NCBI GenBank assembly: GCA_011364925.1 | Contig: RDOA01000002.1 | Span: 1-64,000, forward strand | Direction of reading: 5' to 3' | Source of the DNA: Promethearchaeota archaeon | Lineage (GTDB): Archaea > Asgardarchaeota > Lokiarchaeia > Sigyniarchaeales > SOKP01 | DNA: 64,000 bases | In this document: one piece after another, positions 38,995-49,723 of the stretch | Position numbering within the stretch: the stretch's first letter is position 1 | Layout: each line of letters begins with the position of its first letter | Notes under the pieces: generated by a model | What the model was told of the DNA's origin: nothing | Databases searched by the model: none | Seen by the model: the letters and a program-made list of their open reading frames with translations, nothing else | Translations under genes and position numbers: made by a program

Positions 38995-39773
38995 TGAGTC
39001 CTTAGTGCTTCTTCCTTAATTGAAAGCAATTTTTTGCTCCATTTTGGAAGGATGAATCCAATGTAAAAAAAGAAATTTGCTAAAACTAATAGTATTCTAA
39101 TTATTAGTAATAAAACAGGAGTCATCTCAATGATTGCATCGAAAATAGCAGAAATCCCAAAAAGTAAAAAACCTACGAAAAGAAACCTACCCTTCCATCT
39201 AATCTCGATATTTTCCTCCTTTTTCATAGAATTCAATGCAAAATGAACACCAGTTACACATGCGGTTAATATACTTACACCTAAAAATACCAATACAAAT
39301 CCCTTATAATCCATATCCATTAAATTTGTTGGATCGGGAAAAACACCTAGTAATGAGTTTATGGGTGCTCCTGGAGCGAAGATGAGAAAATAAAAGAGAT
39401 ACACTTCGAAAAAAATTGAAGCCACTCCATATATGAGTAGTAATAACTTCTTTTTATCTGGTTTTAAAGTAGTTGTGTAAACATTCAACCAAGCTAAAAT
39501 AGCAATAGGCACACCTACCATACCTACGAGAACATATACTGGGTAATTCAAGAATGCTCCTCGAGTGAGAACCCAATAAAGATATCCCACTCCACTAGAA
39601 TACCAAGGAGATGATGTAAAAACGATACATAAAAAGAAATTAAAGATTAAAAATTGTCTAGTTTTAATATATTTTATTAAAACGATTAAACTTAAAATAG
39701 TAGTTATTACGACTGAAATAAAGGCAGTTAAACCTGAAATTTGTGCTAATTCACTTAATACTTGAAAAATCAT
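38991..39773 (-). CDS. 7-TM membrane protein of unknown function
   Basis: About seven hydrophobic segments; same layout as 61132..61857. Confidence 0.7.
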   Translation of the reverse strand: MIFQVLSELAQISGLTAFISVVITTILSLIVLIKYIKTRQFLIFNFFLCIVFTSSPWYSSGVGYLYWVLTRGAFLNYPVYVLVGMVGVPIAILAWLNVYTTTLKPDKKKLLLLIYGVASIFFEVYLFYFLIFAPGAPINSLLGVFPDPTNLMDMDYKGFVLVFLGVSILTACVTGVHFALNSMKKEENIEIRWKGRFLFVGFLLFGISAIFDAIIEMTPVLLLIIRILLVLANFFFYIGFILPKWSKKLLSIKEEALRTH

Positions 39774-39885
39774 TTTTTCTTCCTCGACTTTATTGATCCT
39801 CTAATCAAAAGTTAAAACTACCATAATAACAAAATTAAGTTAATTTAAATTTATTTTTCAGCAAAAAGAAATTAAATTAACAAAC

Positions 39886-40797
39886 TCAGTTTTTAAATAC
39901 ATTTATATCGAAAACTACATGGTATAAACCAGGACCATAACTTTTTACAAATCTTTTTGCTAATAAAACGCTTTCAAATCCGCTTGTTTTGGCAATATCT
40001 TTAAACTCATTAAATAAATCTAAATAACTCTCCTTATCAACGACTCCCTCATAATGATAAATTGTATCTTTCAACTTGGCTAGAGTTAATGCTTCGCTTA
40101 TAAAATCTTTTGGCGCTGGGAATATACCCATAATAACACGATCTGCTCTAACGCCTGCATTGCTTAACTTTATCGCTTCTTCCTTACTATCACCATTAAT
40201 TGCAGTTATAATCCCCTCGAAATGGTTAAGGCTAATATTTTTAACCAAAAATTTATAAGCTTCGGGATTCAACTCTATACTATAAATTTTTTTAGGTTTT
40301 GAGTGTTTAGCGATAGGTAAAGAAAAATAACCAATACCAGCAAACATATCAACGATTATTTCACCATCTTTTACTAAAGTTGCTAAATATTTGCGTTCAT
40401 TAATGTTTCCTTGACTGAACATTATTTTAGTGATATCAAATTGATATCTTATCCCATGTTCTTTATGCTCTACAATTGGATTTTCCTCTCCTAGTAGATA
40501 TTTTATATTTTCAGGTTCTCTAAATTGACCTTTAATCGCACCTAAATTTAGATATACTGATTTAACATAATTTGGCAATATTTCTAAGTATTTCTCAGCT
40601 ATTAGAGTCTTTTTTTCCATTAATTTAGGGTTAAGTTTTAAAATTACAATATGACCTATAGTCTGAAACCCTCTAGGTAATAGCGCTAGTTCTTCCTCTG
40701 TTAGTTCGTCTTTCAATTTTTCTTTTAAATTTGCCTTTGATCCCATTTCCTTTCGTTCTACTGTAATGTCATTAGAATTAAATTTAATGTATATCAA
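39886..40797 (-). CDS. Trm5/Taw2 (Met-10+) family tRNA methyltransferase/aminocarboxypropyltransferase
   Basis: Motifs HKEHG, KIMFSQGNINER, VDMFAGIGYF, IELNP, DRVIMG and VKSYGPG. The true start may be the downstream MGSKAN. Confidence 0.88.
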   Translation of the reverse strand: MIYIKFNSNDITVERKEMGSKANLKEKLKDELTEEELALLPRGFQTIGHIVILKLNPKLMEKKTLIAEKYLEILPNYVKSVYLNLGAIKGQFREPENIKYLLGEENPIVEHKEHGIRYQFDITKIMFSQGNINERKYLATLVKDGEIIVDMFAGIGYFSLPIAKHSKPKKIYSIELNPEAYKFLVKNISLNHFEGIITAINGDSKEEAIKLSNAGVRADRVIMGIFPAPKDFISEALTLAKLKDTIYHYEGVVDKESYLDLFNEFKDIAKTSGFESVLLAKRFVKSYGPGLYHVVFDINVFKN

Positions 40798-40873
40798 ACA
40801 TATTAAAATAAAGAAATATTTTACTTTTTAACTAAATTTACATCATGAATTTACTTAAAAATGATGAATAAAT

Positions 40874-42733
40874 ATGCCAAGTTTAGAAGATAAAGAATTT
40901 TTAGTAGATGAAAATAAAGTATGGTTTACTGAAGGATATTGGCCAGAGGGGGTTCCGCACCAGCTAAAGGATGTAGAAGAAGTCAAAATTCTACCATTGT
41001 GGGATTATTTCATAGATGCTGCTAATATGTATGAAACGTGGGATCAAGATTTATGTATTTTTGCCTATGGGCCATATATTGAACGCGTAAAACTTAAGAC
41101 TCTATTTGACTACGCGAAGAAATTTGGAACATTTCTCTATGATACCTTAGGAATTAGAAGGGGAGATGTGGTGGCAATTGATCTCCCAAACTCTATAAAT
41201 TTCGTTGTAGCCTATATGGGATGTCAATACATAGGTGCTGTAGCACAAGGGATAAATCCTACATATCGCCCTATGGAACTTTTACATTCTTTGACTATGA
41301 CAAAAGCGAAAGTATTAGTGCTAATGGATATGTTATACATAGCTGGCCCGAGTACAATTTTGCCGAAAACGAGTGTGAAATATTTAATTCCATCTAACTT
41401 TGTTGATTTTCTTACTGCTGATGAAGCGATTATTGAAAAATTAGGTATCCCGAATGCAAAAGATAAGATTCCCGATGAGACTGAGCACTACAAAATTTAC
41501 TGGATGGAAAAGATTATCAAAGAAACAGAACCAAAAGAAATAAAAGTTGAGATTGAACCTTGGACAGATCCTGCAGTCTATTTAATGACTGGGGGTACCA
41601 CGGGACTACCGAAAGTTGCGATGCTTTCACATGCTAATCTAAGTGCTAATCTAAATATGATTAAAGATTGGACAGGTATTGGAGCCGGTGTTGTGACCCT
41701 CGGTATTATCCCCTTCTTTCATAGTTTTGGTATGACATGTGTTATGAATGCTGCTCTTGGAATAGGAATGGTTATGCTACTCTTCCCAAAGCCACCCTCA
41801 GATGAAATTTTATGCGAAGCAGTAAATAGAATCGAAGCTCCAGAAGGAATGATATATACAGGTGTCGAAATGTGGTTTAAAAGGTTTACAGATTTTATAC
41901 AAGAGATGGGTGTCGATGAATTTAAGAAGAAGTATGATTTTTGGAAGAAACTAAAATACGCTACACAAGGTGCAGGTCCCTTACATTCTTATGTACAAGA
42001 GCCTTTTGAGTCAATATTTTGCCCTATTCGTGCTGGATATGGTTTAACGGAGAGTTCACCTGTTCACAGTGTTGCGCCTTTCTGGGGTCCAACTAAGGAT
42101 GGAAAACTAGGATTACCAGTACCAGGCGCAGATTGGGCAATATTTCCATCCGATAACTTTGAAGCAGGACCTATATGTGACGGAACTAAAGAACTTGGAG
42201 GTTTTGGAGTTGAAAATACAGGAGAAATATGTTTAGCAGGTCCACACATTATGTTAGGTTATTTAGGAGAACAAAAAGAACAAGAAGATAACTTAAAATA
42301 CTGGGGTGGAAAACGTTGGCTTCTTACCGGTGATATTGGCTTCATGGACGAAGATGGTTGGGTGGAAATCCGAGATCGTAAAAAATCTCTAATTAAAGTC
42401 TCTGGACATTCTGTATTTCCAAAGGAAGTTGAAGAACTTATGGGAAATCATCCTGCAATTGATGAGGTTGCAGTCGCTGGTTTACCAGATGATCAAACTG
42501 GAGAAAAAGTTAAAGCGTGGATAACTCTTAAGCAAGGTTATAAAGTAGGGAAAAATATTGAAGTTGAGGATATTAAAGCATGGTGTCTAGAAAACATGGC
42601 TAAATGGAAGACTCCTAGATTAATTGAAGTCGTTCGAAGCCTACCTGTTTCTCAGACTGGTAAAGTTCAGAGAAGAGAATTACAAGAAAAAGACTTAGAG
42701 AGATTAGAAAAAGGCAGAGATATCAAAGGTTAG
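40874..42733 (+). CDS. long-chain-fatty-acid--CoA ligase (AMP-binding)
   Basis: Motifs MTGGTTGLPK, PFFHSFG, GYGLTE, TGDIG, DRKK and TGKV. Confidence 0.92.
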   Translation: MPSLEDKEFLVDENKVWFTEGYWPEGVPHQLKDVEEVKILPLWDYFIDAANMYETWDQDLCIFAYGPYIERVKLKTLFDYAKKFGTFLYDTLGIRRGDVVAIDLPNSINFVVAYMGCQYIGAVAQGINPTYRPMELLHSLTMTKAKVLVLMDMLYIAGPSTILPKTSVKYLIPSNFVDFLTADEAIIEKLGIPNAKDKIPDETEHYKIYWMEKIIKETEPKEIKVEIEPWTDPAVYLMTGGTTGLPKVAMLSHANLSANLNMIKDWTGIGAGVVTLGIIPFFHSFGMTCVMNAALGIGMVMLLFPKPPSDEILCEAVNRIEAPEGMIYTGVEMWFKRFTDFIQEMGVDEFKKKYDFWKKLKYATQGAGPLHSYVQEPFESIFCPIRAGYGLTESSPVHSVAPFWGPTKDGKLGLPVPGADWAIFPSDNFEAGPICDGTKELGGFGVENTGEICLAGPHIMLGYLGEQKEQEDNLKYWGGKRWLLTGDIGFMDEDGWVEIRDRKKSLIKVSGHSVFPKEVEELMGNHPAIDEVAVAGLPDDQTGEKVKAWITLKQGYKVGKNIEVEDIKAWCLENMAKWKTPRLIEVVRSLPVSQTGKVQRRELQEKDLERLEKGRDIKG

Positions 42734-42739
42734 TTAGTA

Positions 42740-42751
42740 TTTTTTTTTTTT
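42740..42751 (+). terminator. oligo-T terminator
   Basis: T12 tract 6 nt after the acyl-CoA ligase stop codon. Confidence 0.5.
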
Positions 42752-42816
42752 ATTTTTCATTATATTTTATTTTTAACTCATATTATACTTGAACTAATAC
42801 ATAAGAAGATGTAAGC

Positions 42817-44034
42817 ATGAGTTTATCAGAATTATCTGTCAGCGAGAAATTGAAAATTGTTGGGGAAAAACACTCTCAAATTTATGAAATTATGAGTTCA
42901 AATCAAATTGATTGTTGGATTATCTTCACTCGAGAAACCGAAACAACTCCAGATTCCATTATGGAATTTGTTGTAGGAAACGATATAGTTTTGCAATCAG
43001 CATTCATCTTTGCAATTTATCAGAATGAGTTAAAAAAATATGCCATAGTTGGCAGTTTCGACGCTAACACAGAAAAAGAGAAGGGTTTATGGGACGAAGT
43101 GATTGGATATGGGCACGGTATTAAAGAACACTTGCAAGACAAACTTAAGATGTTAAATCCAGAGAAAATCGCCTTGGATTATTCTTTAAATGATGTTTCC
43201 GCAGACGGGCTAACACATGGGATGTACTTAATCCTAGAAGATTTACTAAAAGAATATTCTGATAGGTTTTTTAGTGCTGAGCCAATAATCCGAGCAGTTA
43301 GAGGCAGAAAAACACAGACAGAACTAAAATTGATAACTGAGGCGTGTAGGATTACCGAGGAAATTAATAGTCAAATTACCGCATATTTAAGGGTTGGTAT
43401 GAGTGAATTAGAAATCCAAAGTAAGTTTTATGAACTCGTTGAAAAGTATAATGTAGGTTATGCTTGGAAAAAACACCAAAATCCTATGTGCGATGCAGGA
43501 CCCGATAAAGAATTTGGACATGTATCACCTCAGCCTAATTCCTATACTAAATCAGGTTATACACTTCATAATGATTTTGGTGTGAAATATAAAGGGTATT
43601 GCTCTGATCTTCAACGAATGTGGTTTTTTGGAAGTAAAGAAGAGGTTCCTCAAGAGCTACGAGATGGGATTGACACAATTGTTCAGGCTATACAACTTTC
43701 TGCTGAAAAGATTAAACCGGGTGTTGAAGGATGGGAGATTGACAAGATTGCTCGTGATTTTATCGTAAGTAAGGGATACAAAGAGTATATGCACGGTCTA
43801 GGTCACCCAGTGGGGATTAAAGCCCATGATGGGGGCGGATTAATGGGACCCCTCTGGGAGCGCTATGGTGAATTACCTAAGACTCAATTAGAAGAAGGGC
43901 AAGTATTTACATTAGAACCAAGCCTCTGGACTAAAAATTATGGAATGATTGCATTAGAAGAAATGGTAATGATAACAAAGACAGGATGCAAATTCATTGT
44001 TGAACCTGCTCATGATTTTTTATACATCGATTAA
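42817..44034 (+). CDS. M24 family Xaa-Pro peptidase
   Basis: Motifs DFG...GYCSD, HGLGH, AHD, FTLEP and LEE. Confidence 0.9.
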   Translation: MSLSELSVSEKLKIVGEKHSQIYEIMSSNQIDCWIIFTRETETTPDSIMEFVVGNDIVLQSAFIFAIYQNELKKYAIVGSFDANTEKEKGLWDEVIGYGHGIKEHLQDKLKMLNPEKIALDYSLNDVSADGLTHGMYLILEDLLKEYSDRFFSAEPIIRAVRGRKTQTELKLITEACRITEEINSQITAYLRVGMSELEIQSKFYELVEKYNVGYAWKKHQNPMCDAGPDKEFGHVSPQPNSYTKSGYTLHNDFGVKYKGYCSDLQRMWFFGSKEEVPQELRDGIDTIVQAIQLSAEKIKPGVEGWEIDKIARDFIVSKGYKEYMHGLGHPVGIKAHDGGGLMGPLWERYGELPKTQLEEGQVFTLEPSLWTKNYGMIALEEMVMITKTGCKFIVEPAHDFLYID

Positions 44035-44103
44035 GGAAAAGAATAAAGGTTCGTTGCTTTTTAACGCTTAAATTTGAATAAAAAGCTTAAATTTGTAATT
44101 GCC

Positions 44104-45729
44104 TCATTCGTTTAAGCGTTTATACGTTTTTTTCATAATTTTATAAATGTTTGTAAATTCATTAAAGAGTTTGTTGTATACCGCTCTGTTTTCTGGATTT
44201 GGTGTAAATATATTTGAATATTGAATTAAGTCAGGAATTTGATCCCAAGTTAGATATCCAAGCCCAACCGCTGCAATAAAAGCAGCTCCACGCGCATTTG
44301 CTTGTATCGGATCTTTTACTTGCTTTATTGTTCTATTGAGAACATCAGCAAAAATTTGACACCAGATGTTACTCGTAGCTCCACCACCGATCATACTTAC
44401 TTCTGGTATAACTATGTCATTTTTAGTCATTCCGGGATTTTCTTTAATTTTCTTCTTTTGGATAAATTTCTCAAGATAAATAAACAACCAATTAATATTA
44501 TACGCAACCCCTTCAAATATAGCTCTAATTAAATGTTCTCTTGACATTTCTAAAGAGAGGTTGTAAATACCCCCCCTTATTGTACTATCGTCCACTGGTG
44601 ATCGTTCTCCAATAAGCCAAGGAGTAAAAATTAGATTATTTGAACCAGCAGGTACATTCTCGACCATTCTATCAAAAATCTTATACACATCTGGTACTGC
44701 TTCTTCTCTTAGTAATTCATCTTTATGATATAAAATGTTGTCCCTTAGAAATGATAATGCTCCTCCAGCAATTTCCTGTTCATTAACAGCCATATATCTG
44801 CCGGGAATTCCTGAAGCAATCGCACCAATATCATGAAATATATCAGTATTTTTAAAAGGTATATGGCACACAACCCAATCACTCGTACCAATGTAAATAT
44901 GGGTATCATAGTTTCTCACAGCACCCGATCCTATCGCTGCGGATGGAACATCAGGAGCTCCTGCTATAACTTTTGTATTTTTATCCAATCCCAGTTCATT
45001 AGCAACTTCTGCTGTGATTGAACCCAGAACATCGGTGGAATTTATTAAATCGGAGGGTAATTTACTCTGATCTAATTTGCACATTTTAAGTAATTTTTTA
45101 GAATATTCTATCTTGTTAATATTTCTAATATCAGTTAACCAATGTACTCCTATAGTCGTATAAGAAGAAGCAAACTTTCCAGTTAATCTTAAATTAATAT
45201 AATCCTGTGGTTCCAAAAACATATATGTTTTATTATAAATGTCTGAATATTCATTTTTTATCAATAACATGTGTGCTATAGGATCCTTACCACTTAAACC
45301 CGGAGCACCGCCAGTTCTTTTTACCCATTTTAATGCTTTAATGATATTCATTCCAGAAAATTTTATTAAACCTTTATAAACCTCTTTTATGTAGGGAGCT
45401 CCTCTTGTATCCATCCATATTACCGCGTTCATTAAATGGTTCCCATTCTCATCTAATGGAACTGTACCAGACCATTGACTTGTATTGGAAATGCCTACGA
45501 TATCTTTGACTGAGACATGTCCATTCGCTATGACCTTTTTTGATGTATTAACAATTGCGTTCCACCAATCTTCAGGATCCTGTTCGACGCCCCCTCCTTT
45601 TTCTACATGTAATGGGACTTCTTGAAAAGCCCAATCGATAACATCACCATGAGTTGAGACTATAGCAGTCTTTGGTCCGCCTGTACCATGATCTATAGCA
45701 AGTATGTATTTCTTTTCTGAATCTGACAT
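44104..45729 (-). CDS. FGGY carbohydrate kinase (xylulokinase-like)
   Basis: Motifs AIDHGTGG, EQDP, WMDTR, IGTS, GERSP, RAIFEGVA and IGGGA. Confidence 0.9.
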   Translation of the reverse strand: MSDSEKKYILAIDHGTGGPKTAIVSTHGDVIDWAFQEVPLHVEKGGGVEQDPEDWWNAIVNTSKKVIANGHVSVKDIVGISNTSQWSGTVPLDENGNHLMNAVIWMDTRGAPYIKEVYKGLIKFSGMNIIKALKWVKRTGGAPGLSGKDPIAHMLLIKNEYSDIYNKTYMFLEPQDYINLRLTGKFASSYTTIGVHWLTDIRNINKIEYSKKLLKMCKLDQSKLPSDLINSTDVLGSITAEVANELGLDKNTKVIAGAPDVPSAAIGSGAVRNYDTHIYIGTSDWVVCHIPFKNTDIFHDIGAIASGIPGRYMAVNEQEIAGGALSFLRDNILYHKDELLREEAVPDVYKIFDRMVENVPAGSNNLIFTPWLIGERSPVDDSTIRGGIYNLSLEMSREHLIRAIFEGVAYNINWLFIYLEKFIQKKKIKENPGMTKNDIVIPEVSMIGGGATSNIWCQIFADVLNRTIKQVKDPIQANARGAAFIAAVGLGYLTWDQIPDLIQYSNIFTPNPENRAVYNKLFNEFTNIYKIMKKTYKRLNE

Positions 45730-45881
45730 AATTAATATTAATGTTGTTAAGGTAAATAAAGATTATTTGAACCTTAGATTTAGATTATTAATGGAACAGC
45801 AAAAAATACTTAAATATAAATAATTTTAGTTTTATCATTTTATTTGCTCAGATAAGGGTTAAGGTTTTACTTTTTCATATT

Positions 45882-48056
45882 TTGCTCAAAGGTGAATATT
45901 CAATCTCAAATTCAAAAGGAATCAAACAACTAGGAATAGTACTTATAGGCACAATTTTAATGAGCTTTATTTTAGCTATTACTTTACCAATTACTATAAC
46001 TCAAAAATCCCAAGAAAATAAGAATTTAGGGTTGCACACCCAAGCTGAAAGGCATATTTCAAGTCAATGGCTAAAGAATCCTACTTTTGATAATCCAAAT
46101 GATTCTTGGTTCTATAATATTGAAGGAGATAATTCGGATGTTAATGCTAGTTGTAAAGATGGTAAAGCAGATTTTAAAGTCTTAGGTAATCGACATTCTT
46201 ACTCCTTAATCGCAGATCCGCCCTTAGCTTCAAATTGGACAGTAAAAAACAATGCAAATTTTCCAAATCGTCCACAAGTATACGAAATCTCGAATGAAGG
46301 TTTTAGAGCATCTCACCTATACAATGATCAGACAGCTATATCAAATCCAAGCGTCCAATGGGAGAGAAATGTCAGCTTACCTGTCTATATGTCGGATTAC
46401 ACAATAGATATGGCATCTATTGATGTAAAAGTTTATGCAAATGCTTCTTTAAATATTGATCGAGAAGGTGATACTGAAGGAAGGGATGATCATGTAGCTT
46501 CTGTCGAAACATACGATGTAGGAGATTATGTTCGATTTTACGCGTTGATTTCTGATTTAGAAAAAAGAAAAGTCTATGAAATTGCATATTTTCAAACAGA
46601 AAGTTTAGGAGCAGGTAATCCTCCTGGAGAGGATATTTTAGAAGACACTATGATGGAGAGTGTTCCTGAGGATGATTTAACTTTTTATATTTCTTCAGTT
46701 TTAGAATCCGATCACAAGAATTTTACTTTATCAATAGGAATGATTCTTCATTTTGAAGATAATATTGTTTCAAATTGGGATTATGACAAATTTAATGAAG
46801 TAATTATAAAATCTGTTAACTTAACTTTTGGTTATTCAAAAAAAATAGATCAATCTACAGCAGTCTCTTGGAATCAAATAGGAAATTCTATTATGGGTGA
46901 GCGGATTGAAATTGAATCGGTCAGTCTTTCTTTCAAATATAAAATTGATAGTTTTTGGTCAAGTGATTTATCTCTTAATTCTAAAATGCAAATTTTGATT
47001 AATAATTATGACTGTGGCTATTTTATCAAATTGAGTTCATTTAATACTACTTATAAAGACTTCAGAATAGAAGGTACAGAAATTAACCCTTACATTTTAA
47101 AAAATATTAATATCTCATTATCAATTCAAGTTTTTATCGGTGATGAATTTCTATTAACTTACCCTTTTACAATCTCAATTGATGACATTTATTTTCAAAT
47201 ATCGTACACTTTATGGGTCGAAGATGAAATAGTTAATAATGATTTTATTTGGATAGTATTAATAATTTCATTTATAGTAATAGGATTACTTGCAGCTTTA
47301 AGTTTAAGATCGTATGTTTTATTACCCAGGCAGCAAAGAAAGAAATCTTATTTGATACTAAGAACTCAGAAATTTAAAGATGTAAGAAATTTACAAGCGA
47401 TTATAGCAATGCACAAACCAAGTGGACTTCCTATATACTCCCAAAGTTATTCTTCGATTATGAAGGGTAAGAAAACGCTTTTTTCGGGATTCATTCAGGC
47501 TGTATCGATTATTGGTGAAGAAATGACTAGATCTGATAAACAGGATGGAAAAAAAAAAAAATCCAAGGACAAAATTGATTTTCATAAAGTTATAGAACTC
47601 GATCTAAAACAATTTTATTGTCTTGTCTTGGATGTGGAAGAGTTAAGAACGGTCCTTATTTTAAAATCCAAATCTTCAAAACGCTTAAAGGAGATATTAG
47701 TGCATTTTAGTTTTGGTCTATATGTAAAAATATCAGATAGATTAAAGAACTGGGATAACGACCTTAATAATTTAGATGAGATCATTCGAACTTTGGTTTA
47801 CGAGTATTTTGATATTTACTACAAAGATCCGTTTAGTGTGAATATTGAAGAATCGGAGCTTATGAAGTATAAAAAGAAATTGAACCTATCTAAATTTGAG
47901 TTCCAAATTATGAATATAATATTCATGATCTTAAAGGAGAAGAGTCATTTTAAACTAATGGATATTCTTGAAAGAGAGACTGATAAAGACGAGGATCAAA
48001 TTATCAGCGCGTTAGAATCATTAATTGAATTCAAACTGATTAGACCTATTAAATAG
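45882..48056 (+). CDS. single-pass membrane protein: extracellular beta-rich domain, TM, cytoplasmic longin-like domain, winged-helix-like tail
   Basis: N-terminal signal/TM segment, a second TM near residues 455-480, then LQAIIAMHKPSGLPIYS...LFSGFIQAV. Confidence 0.65.
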   Translation: MLKGEYSISNSKGIKQLGIVLIGTILMSFILAITLPITITQKSQENKNLGLHTQAERHISSQWLKNPTFDNPNDSWFYNIEGDNSDVNASCKDGKADFKVLGNRHSYSLIADPPLASNWTVKNNANFPNRPQVYEISNEGFRASHLYNDQTAISNPSVQWERNVSLPVYMSDYTIDMASIDVKVYANASLNIDREGDTEGRDDHVASVETYDVGDYVRFYALISDLEKRKVYEIAYFQTESLGAGNPPGEDILEDTMMESVPEDDLTFYISSVLESDHKNFTLSIGMILHFEDNIVSNWDYDKFNEVIIKSVNLTFGYSKKIDQSTAVSWNQIGNSIMGERIEIESVSLSFKYKIDSFWSSDLSLNSKMQILINNYDCGYFIKLSSFNTTYKDFRIEGTEINPYILKNINISLSIQVFIGDEFLLTYPFTISIDDIYFQISYTLWVEDEIVNNDFIWIVLIISFIVIGLLAALSLRSYVLLPRQQRKKSYLILRTQKFKDVRNLQAIIAMHKPSGLPIYSQSYSSIMKGKKTLFSGFIQAVSIIGEEMTRSDKQDGKKKKSKDKIDFHKVIELDLKQFYCLVLDVEELRTVLILKSKSSKRLKEILVHFSFGLYVKISDRLKNWDNDLNNLDEIIRTLVYEYFDIYYKDPFSVNIEESELMKYKKKLNLSKFEFQIMNIIFMILKEKSHFKLMDILERETDKDEDQIISALESLIEFKLIRPIK

Positions 48057-48193
48057 GTTTCAACCTATATTTTAAAGCTGAAATCTCTAAAATGAAAAAT
48101 TCTTTTTCAACCGAAATGTTTTCTAATTAAATTAATTAGTTTTGCTACTTATACTTTAATAAAGGAAATTAAGGTCTTAGTTGATGATTTGTA

Positions 48194-49591
48194 ATGGAAT
48201 ACGAAGAAAAAGTTGAAAAAATTAAAAATATCGTTGATTCGCCTATAAGCAAGTTTAAACCCGAAGAATTAAAGGCGATTGTTGAACGATACGAGAAAAA
48301 CCATGTTAAATCTAAAAAAGCCTTTGAAAGGGCTAGGAAAATTATCCCTGGTGGAGTAGAACATAATCTTGCTTTTAATTTTCCTTTTCCTTTAGCTAGC
48401 AAGCGTGTTTTCGATTGCTATATGGAAACGGTTGACGACATTGTATTGACGGATTATTTAATGGACGGAGGACCTATAATTCTTGGACACAATCATCCGG
48501 TGTTAACAGAGAAAATAATAGAAGTTATTCGGGATATTGGACCGTGTCATGGAATAACTAACGAATATGAATATCTTGCAGCAGAAGAGCTTCAAAAGTA
48601 TTATCCTTCCTGTGAAATTATAAGATGGCTGCAAACCGGTACAGAAGCTGATATGCTTGCGATTAGAATCGCTAGAGTTGCAACTAATCGTAAATGGGTA
48701 ATTAAAATAGGAGGAAGTTACCATGGCTGGTCAGATCAGTTAGTTTACGATATGCACGTGCCTGGAACAAAACTATTGGAATCGCACGGTATTCCTAAAG
48801 ATGTGTTTAAATATACTGATTCTTGTCCTCCAAATGAAATCGAGACGCTACGAGAAATGTTTAAGGAAAAACGAAAAGTTGCCGCGGTCATAATTGAACC
48901 GATGGGAGGTGAGTCCGGAGCGATACCTGTTAGACCAGAATTTAATAAAGAAGTAGAAGAGCTCTGTCACGAAAACAAAACGCTCTTGATATCAGATGAA
49001 GTAGTGTGTGCTTTTAGATTACATATGGGTGGCGGTCAAGCGTATTATGGCTATGAACCTGATTTATCTGTGTTTGGGAAAATCGTTGGACACGGATACC
49101 CCTCAGCTGCAGCAATTGGGGGGAAAGAGGAGTACATGAACTATTGCGCGGCAGGTGTAAGTGGTGGAAAAAGAGCTTATAGCGGGGGAACTCTAGCAGC
49201 AAATCCTTTAACTTGTGCCGCTGCGTATCACGCAATTAAGTTAGTTGAGGAAACTGGTGCCACAGAAATAGCAGCAAGAGCTGGGGCTCGCCTGGCAAAT
49301 GGTTTGAATAATGTGTTCGAACAATACGATTTACCATGGTTTTCGTACAATTTGGGTGGAACAGTTCACTTTCATACTTCATGTTTATTTGGATTGAGTT
49401 TTGATAATCCTGATCAAGTTGGACAACTTCCATTAAGGAAAACATTTATGGAACACATGGGAGCAGCTTTAGTGGATCAGGAACTAATATCTGTTGCAGG
49501 AAGTAGGTTTTACACATGTATTCTTCATTCCGACAAGATAATTGATGAGACTGTCGAAAAAATTGAAGAAATATGTAAAAAAATCGAGTGA
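48194..49591 (+). CDS. class III aminotransferase, glutamate-1-semialdehyde aminomutase-like
   Basis: Motifs IPGGV, GPIILGH, GTEA, GSYHG, SDEV, FGKIVG and GGTLAANP. Confidence 0.88.
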   Translation: MEYEEKVEKIKNIVDSPISKFKPEELKAIVERYEKNHVKSKKAFERARKIIPGGVEHNLAFNFPFPLASKRVFDCYMETVDDIVLTDYLMDGGPIILGHNHPVLTEKIIEVIRDIGPCHGITNEYEYLAAEELQKYYPSCEIIRWLQTGTEADMLAIRIARVATNRKWVIKIGGSYHGWSDQLVYDMHVPGTKLLESHGIPKDVFKYTDSCPPNEIETLREMFKEKRKVAAVIIEPMGGESGAIPVRPEFNKEVEELCHENKTLLISDEVVCAFRLHMGGGQAYYGYEPDLSVFGKIVGHGYPSAAAIGGKEEYMNYCAAGVSGGKRAYSGGTLAANPLTCAAAYHAIKLVEETGATEIAARAGARLANGLNNVFEQYDLPWFSYNLGGTVHFHTSCLFGLSFDNPDQVGQLPLRKTFMEHMGAALVDQELISVAGSRFYTCILHSDKIIDETVEKIEEICKKIE

Positions 49592-49723
49592 AATTAATTC
49601 AAGTATATTATTTTCTTTTTACTCTTACATCTTTTTTGACCGTCTTGTAAAAATAATGTATAGTTTTTAATGGTTACATAAATTAAGTCTTATAATTTAC
49701 AAACTTTAGATTATCTGTAGTTT

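Noticed and set aside
44400-44470. Lys-rich insertion in the FGGY kinase as a hidden intron
   Set aside because: It has no inverted repeat and lies in a surface loop region.
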